From Tagaea sp. (GTDB lineage: Bacteria; Pseudomonadota; Alphaproteobacteria; CACIAM-22H2), in contig CBDIIB010000004.1 of assembly GCA_965279525.1 (NCBI GenBank), forward strand, positions 480,001 to 544,000: a stretch of 64,000 bases of DNA, read 5' to 3'. The position numbers were made by a program, and so were the translations under genes. The notes under the pieces were generated by a model, which saw nothing but the letters and a program-made list of their open reading frames with translations, did no database searches and had not been told where the DNA came from. Position 1 is the stretch's first letter. Each line of letters opens with the position of its first letter. Below are positions 59,381 through 64,000 of this stretch, piece after piece.

Positions 59381-60241
59381 TCAGCCGCTTGTCGAGCCGG
59401 GCGGCAAGCGCTTGCGGTCGAAGGCGGCACCGTCGATGGCAGCGCCACGCATGTCCACGCGATCCAGGCGCGCACCCGTGAAGTCGGCAGCACGCAGGTC
59501 GGTGTCGATGAAGGCGGCATCGTTGAGGTTCGCATGCGCGAAGCGCGCACCGCCGCAATAGGCAGCGGAGAAGGAGGCTTCGGCGGCCTCGGAGCCGTAA
59601 AAATCGGCGTTCTCCAGCACGGCAAGCTGGAAATCGGCGCGTAGCAGCTTGGTGCCGGCAAGATTGGTTCCGCAGAGATAGGCGCCCTTGAAGCTCGCTC
59701 CGGTGAAATCGCCGTCCGACAGGTCGTAGCCGGAAAGGTTTGTCCCGGCGAGCGACAGCCGCGCGTTTGGCGGATCGTTGGCACGCTGGCGCCGGCCGAG
59801 GACCGAGACCGCCGCCTGGATGTCGGTCGTCGGCTGCCGATAGACAGTCTCCGGTGCCGGGGCCTTGTAGGCGCCGTCGACGAGTGCCGGGACGGGCGCC
59901 GGGCAACGGTCGCGCACGAAGGCGGCCAGCGTCTGGACGATGGGACCCTGATCTTTGGGGCGCTCCCGGGCATGGCGTTCGAGCGTGTAGATGGCACCGA
60001 CGCGGACCTGGATCTGCGAACCGCCAAGCCCGGCAAAGGCCGCCGCCATGACCTCGGCCGATTTGCCAAGCTCGGTTGCCTCGGCAGTCCGCTGCTGGGC
60101 CGCGACCAGCTTTCGCGCCACCCAGGCCCGGTAGCCGAGAAACGGCACAACGCCGGCGGCCGCCGCCGCGACCAGCAGGTCGCGCACTTCGCCCGCATTG
60201 GCGAGCAGCCAGAACCATGCGTAGTCGAGGTCGCTCTGCAT
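59381..60241 (-). CDS. Membrane-anchored pentapeptide repeat protein
   Basis: N-terminal TM, RVGAIYTLER, then a long run of A(D/N)(L/F)xx-type repeats. Confidence 0.88.
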   Translation of the reverse strand: MQSDLDYAWFWLLANAGEVRDLLVAAAAAGVVPFLGYRAWVARKLVAAQQRTAEATELGKSAEVMAAAFAGLGGSQIQVRVGAIYTLERHARERPKDQGPIVQTLAAFVRDRCPAPVPALVDGAYKAPAPETVYRQPTTDIQAAVSVLGRRQRANDPPNARLSLAGTNLSGYDLSDGDFTGASFKGAYLCGTNLAGTKLLRADFQLAVLENADFYGSEAAEASFSAAYCGGARFAHANLNDAAFIDTDLRAADFTGARLDRVDMRGAAIDGAAFDRKRLPPGSTSG

Positions 60242-60317
60242 CTGCTTTGTGACCGACGATCGAGAGCCCGGAGTCGGGCGATGAACCAGTGTACCAGAGG
60301 CAGGAGCCGCGATCTTA

Positions 60318-60345
60318 TTATCGCATAATATATATTATCAAAAAT
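60318..60345. other. dif-like XerC/XerD recombination site
   Basis: TTATCGCATAA-TATATA-TTATCAAAAAT compared with E. coli dif GGTGCGCATAA-TGTATA-TTATGTTAAAT; intergenic; KOPS converge on it. Confidence 0.65.
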
Positions 60346-60390
60346 ACTGCATCGATATATCGTGCAAATACTTACGCGACTTTCAGGCTG

Positions 60391-61185
60391 TCAATTCTCG
60401 ACATCCAGAACCATGCCATCATACGCCGGTTCGACGCTCGCGGGCAGCTTGGCGCGCCACGTGTCGTAGTCGACGCGGTGGTTCATGTGCGTAAGCACGG
60501 CCCGACGTGGCCGGACCCGGCCGATCCAGTCGAGCGACTGGTCCAAATGGCTGTGGGCCCAGTTCGGCTGCTCTTGCAGGCAGTCGACGATCCAGGTGTC
60601 CACCCCTGCCAGCGCCCGGAAGGCTGCCTCATCCAGGGTCTTCACGTCGGTCGAGTATGCGAAGCGTCCGAAGCGAAGTCCCAGGGTCGGCGTCCGGTCG
60701 CCACCATGCATCTGCTCGAACCCGACCACGTCGATGTCGCCGATCCGGAACGGACGGCCAAGCTCGACGGCCCGCGGCTGCAGGACGGGCACGACGTAAT
60801 AGCCGCCCGGCAGGTCGTCGACCGACCCGAACGCATACCCGAAACGGGCCTGCGCTTCGGCCAGCGTCGTGGCATCGGCGTAGCAGTCGAGCGGCGCCAG
60901 CCGGGCGTGGTTGACCGAGCGCAGCTCGTCAATGCCGTGCATGTGGTCGGCATGGGCATGGGTGAAGATCACGGCGTCGAACTTCGTCTCGCCGAAGGCC
61001 AGGAGCTGGGCGCGCAGGTCCGGGCTGGCATCGACAAGGATGCGCGTCGTGGCGCTTTCCACGACGATCGAAACCCTGAGGCGCCGGTTCTTCGGATCGT
61101 CCGACTTGCACACGACACAACTGCAGCCGACGAGCGGCACGCCGCCCGACGACCCGGATCCGAGAACGGTGACTTTCAGCTTCAT
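60391..61185 (-). CDS. MBL-fold metallohydrolase (PhnP/YcfH-associated type)
   Basis: LGSGSSGGVP, THAHADHMHG, YSTD, SH, LTHM. Confidence 0.92.
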   Translation of the reverse strand: MKLKVTVLGSGSSGGVPLVGCSCVVCKSDDPKNRRLRVSIVVESATTRILVDASPDLRAQLLAFGETKFDAVIFTHAHADHMHGIDELRSVNHARLAPLDCYADATTLAEAQARFGYAFGSVDDLPGGYYVVPVLQPRAVELGRPFRIGDIDVVGFEQMHGGDRTPTLGLRFGRFAYSTDVKTLDEAAFRALAGVDTWIVDCLQEQPNWAHSHLDQSLDWIGRVRPRRAVLTHMNHRVDYDTWRAKLPASVEPAYDGMVLDVEN

Positions 61186-61964
61186 GCGGGCCGGCGTGCG
61201 CGCGCGAACAGGCTGTAGAAGTTATCGCTGGTCGCCTTGCCGAGAACGTCCAGCGAAACGCCCTTGAGGTCCGCGACGAATTGGGCCGTGTGCAGCACGT
61301 AGCTGGGTTCGCACGGCTTGCCGCGTTTCGGGATCGGCGCCAGGTACGGCGAATCCGTTTCGACCAGCAGCCGCTCGAGCGGCAGTGCGCGCACCGTCGC
61401 GCGCAGGTCTTCGGCATTCTTGAAAGTGACGATTCCGGAGATCGAGATGAAATAGCCGAGCGCGATCGCCCTCTGCGCAAGCTCCAGCGACGACGTGAAG
61501 CAATGCAGAACGCCGGTGACGCCCGGCAGCTCGCGATGCGCCCAGTCGAGCAGTTCGGCCGTGTCGGCGTCTGCATCGCGCGTGTGGATCACCAGCGGCA
61601 GGCCCGAAGCCTTCGCCGCGCGCATGTGGGCGCGGAAATTCTCGATCTGCGGCGCGCGCGGGCTCTTTTCGTAGAAATAGTCGAGCCCCGTCTCGCCAAG
61701 GCCGACGACCTTCGGATGCTCGGCAAGTGCCAGCAGCGATTCGACCGCCGCCTGCTCGTTCGCCGCCTCGTGCGGATGGATGCCAACCGTACAGAAGATG
61801 TTCGCGTTGCCTTCCGCGATTGCCCGCACGCCCGGGAATTTCGAAAGTTTCGTGCCGATGGCAAGCATCGTCTCGACGCCGGCCGCGCGCGCGCGCGACA
61901 GCACACCGGGAAAATCCCGCTGCAGCTCCGGAAAATCGAGATGGCAGTGGCTATCGACGAGCAT
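61182..61964 (-). CDS. tatD: TatD family DNase
   Basis: DSHCHL, GIHPH, GETGLDY, IHTR, HCF, ETDSPYLAP. Confidence 0.94.
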   Translation of the reverse strand: MLVDSHCHLDFPELQRDFPGVLSRARAAGVETMLAIGTKLSKFPGVRAIAEGNANIFCTVGIHPHEAANEQAAVESLLALAEHPKVVGLGETGLDYFYEKSPRAPQIENFRAHMRAAKASGLPLVIHTRDADADTAELLDWAHRELPGVTGVLHCFTSSLELAQRAIALGYFISISGIVTFKNAEDLRATVRALPLERLLVETDSPYLAPIPKRGKPCEPSYVLHTAQFVADLKGVSLDVLGKATSDNFYSLFARARRPA

Positions 61965-61972
61965 GGCGCGGG

Positions 61973-63538
61973 TCAGGCCTTCGGCCCCTGCCCCTCTTCG
62001 ACATAACGCGGAAACAGCCCGCTGGGCGGTGGCAGCGCCGTTCCGGCGACCAAGGCAGCATCCCATGCCGCGAACTGCCGGCCGTCGGCCGGGATCGCCA
62101 GCAGGTCGAGCAGCCGCGCGATCGTCGCGGGCATGAAGGGTTGCAACAGCAGTCCGACGCGGCGCAGCGTTTCCATCAGCACGTAAAGGACCGTCGCCAT
62201 GCGCGCGGGATCTGTCTTGCGCAGCGTCCACGGCGCCTGGCTGTCGACATAACGGTTGGCGTCGGCAACGACCGCGAAGATCGCTTCAAGCGACTTGTGG
62301 AACGCCGGCTGGGCAAGTTCGGCGCGCGTGATGACGAGCAGTGCAGCCGCCGCATCGAGCATCGCGCGGTCGGCCTCGGTGAAAACGCCAGGCGCAGGCA
62401 CCGCGGCACCGGCATTCTTTGCCACGAACGACAGCACGCGCTGGGCAAGATTACCAAGGTCGTTGGCAAGGTCGGTGTTCGTGCGCCGGATCATCGCGGC
62501 ATGGCTGAAATCGCCGTCCTGCCCGAACGAGACCTCGCGCAGCAGGAAGTACCGCACCTGATCGAGGCCGTACCGCTCGACGAGCGCGACCGGGTCGATC
62601 ACGTTGCCGGTGGATTTCGAGATCTTCTGGCCTTCGTTCGTCCACCAGCCGTGCGCGAACACGCGCTTTGCCGGCGGCAACCCTGCGGCTGTCAGGAAGG
62701 CCGGCCAGTAAACCGTGTGGAAACGCACGATGTCCTTGCCGACCATGTGCAGGTCGGCGGGCCAGAACTTGCGGAACTTGTCGCTATCGACATCGGGATA
62801 GCCGGCGGCCGTGATGTAGTTGGTCAGCGCGTCGAGCCACACATACATCACGTGCTTCTCGTCGCCGGGCACCTTGACGCCCCAGCCGAACGTCGTGCGC
62901 GAGATCGACAGGTCGTGCAGCCCCTGCTCGACGAAGCTGCGCACCTCGTTGAGGCGCGTGGCCGGACCAACCGCATCCGGGTTCGACTTGTAGAAATCGA
63001 GCAGCCACTCGCCCCAGTCCGACAGACGGAAAAAGTACGAAGGCTCCTCGACCCATTCGACTTCGGCCCCGGAAGGTGCACGCTTCTTGCCGTCCGGACC
63101 GGTCGTGAGTTCGGACTCGTCGTAGTAGGCTTCGTCGCGCACGGCGTACCAGCCGTCGTACTTGCCCAGATAGATGTTGTCGTTACCCTTGGGCGTCTTG
63201 CGCGCGGCCATCGCCTGCCAGATCGCCTGACTGGCGCGGATGTGACGCGGCTCGGTCGTGCGGATGAAATCGTCGTTCGAATAGCCCATCGTCGCGGCGA
63301 GGGCGCGGAAATTGGCCGAGACCTTGTCGGTGAAGTCCTTGGGCGTCATGCCGGCGCTGACGGCGGCCTTCTCGACCTTCTGGCCATGCTCGTCCGTACC
63401 GGTCAGGTAGAACACTTCGTAGCCGTCGAGGCGCTTGAATCGCGCCAGCACGTCGCAGGCAAGCGTCGTGTAGGCGTGGCCGATATGCGGCACGTCGTTG
63501 ACGTAGTAGATCGGCGTCGTGATGTAGTAGCTTTTCAT
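61973..63538 (-). CDS. metG: Methionine--tRNA ligase
   Basis: YYVNDVPHIGH, GTDEHGQK, YVWLDAL, GKDI.RFH, KISKS. Confidence 0.97.
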   Translation of the reverse strand: MKSYYITTPIYYVNDVPHIGHAYTTLACDVLARFKRLDGYEVFYLTGTDEHGQKVEKAAVSAGMTPKDFTDKVSANFRALAATMGYSNDDFIRTTEPRHIRASQAIWQAMAARKTPKGNDNIYLGKYDGWYAVRDEAYYDESELTTGPDGKKRAPSGAEVEWVEEPSYFFRLSDWGEWLLDFYKSNPDAVGPATRLNEVRSFVEQGLHDLSISRTTFGWGVKVPGDEKHVMYVWLDALTNYITAAGYPDVDSDKFRKFWPADLHMVGKDIVRFHTVYWPAFLTAAGLPPAKRVFAHGWWTNEGQKISKSTGNVIDPVALVERYGLDQVRYFLLREVSFGQDGDFSHAAMIRRTNTDLANDLGNLAQRVLSFVAKNAGAAVPAPGVFTEADRAMLDAAAALLVITRAELAQPAFHKSLEAIFAVVADANRYVDSQAPWTLRKTDPARMATVLYVLMETLRRVGLLLQPFMPATIARLLDLLAIPADGRQFAAWDAALVAGTALPPPSGLFPRYVEEGQGPKA

Positions 63539-63680
63539 CGTCCTCGGGCCCTCGGCGGGCGGTCGTTATGCTGTAAGCGGCGGCGGCGCGCAACTCCGGA
63601 CGAACGATATGGGAACGGGCCGGGTTTGGCGAGGTTCTTGCTAGCCTTATCGTGCTCCGGAACCCAGCGAAACGAGCGCC

Positions 63681-63869
63681 ATGCCGACACCTCCCGACAA
63701 CATCGCCGACTATGTCGACCGTGCGGCGGCGGCCGTCGGCCTGACGATCGCCGCCGAGCACCGGCCGGGCGTGATCGTCAATTTCCAGCGCACCGCGGAA
63801 GTCGCCCGGCTCGTCACGGAATTCGCCATTCCCGACGACATCGAGAGCGCGGCGATCTTCCGGCCATGA
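63681..63869 (+). CDS. AtzG/HpxX-like small protein (DUF4089)
   Basis: GL.I..EHRPGV..NF...A..FRP pattern; coupled to the downstream amidase. Confidence 0.75.
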   Translation: MPTPPDNIADYVDRAAAAVGLTIAAEHRPGVIVNFQRTAEVARLVTEFAIPDDIESAAIFRP

Positions 63870-64000
63870 TCCCGATCGAGATGCCGGCAACGGAAATCGC
63901 CCGACGCGTGCGCGAGGGGTCCCTCTCCGCCCTCGCCGTGACCGAGAACCACTTTGCCCAGATCGATGCGCGCAACCCGGTGCTGAACGCCTTCACCGAC
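63866..64000 (+). CDS. Amidase-signature protein, AtzE-like (5' part only)
   Basis: MIPIEMPATEIARRVREGSLSALAV...IDARNPVLNAFTD; ATG overlaps the upstream stop. Confidence 0.7.
   Translation, partial: MIPIEMPATEIARRVREGSLSALAVTENHFAQIDARNPVLNAFTD

Overview
High-GC alphaproteobacterial chromosome segment; the gene content suggests Rhodospirillales. It is mostly core genes: ppx, rnd/aspS, eipB, divK-pleD, rpmG, rnr, topA-dprA-plsY-pyrC'-pyrB, ruvX, gatCAB, dcd, tRNA-Ser(GCT), RNA-modification genes and mazG/tatD/metG. These are interrupted by accessory blocks: a response regulator plus hybrid kinase pair, a DUF2946-ycnI-copCD copper locus, organosulfur-type genes, three GSTs, tandem AraC paralogs and several unknown ORFs. 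I saw no integrase, transposase, CRISPR array or prophage. The most notable observations are: (1) an unannotated sRNA candidate of about 125 nt at 53.18-53.30 kb, with its own promoter, CU-rich hairpin loops and terminator, inside a cluster of unknown genes that includes a translationally coupled paralog pair; (2) a dif-like XerCD site at 60318-60345 toward which the KOPS motifs I found converge; (3) a CxxC...RGPP leader ORF with a hairpin over its stop codon, upstream of ycnI-copCD; (4) a GST with a histone-H1-like N-terminal tail; (5) a lipoprotein hydrolase that appears to lack its catalytic residues; (6) a CGTCAAC-repeat plus IHF-box element. All calls come from reading the sequence by eye and recalled family motifs; no searches were run.
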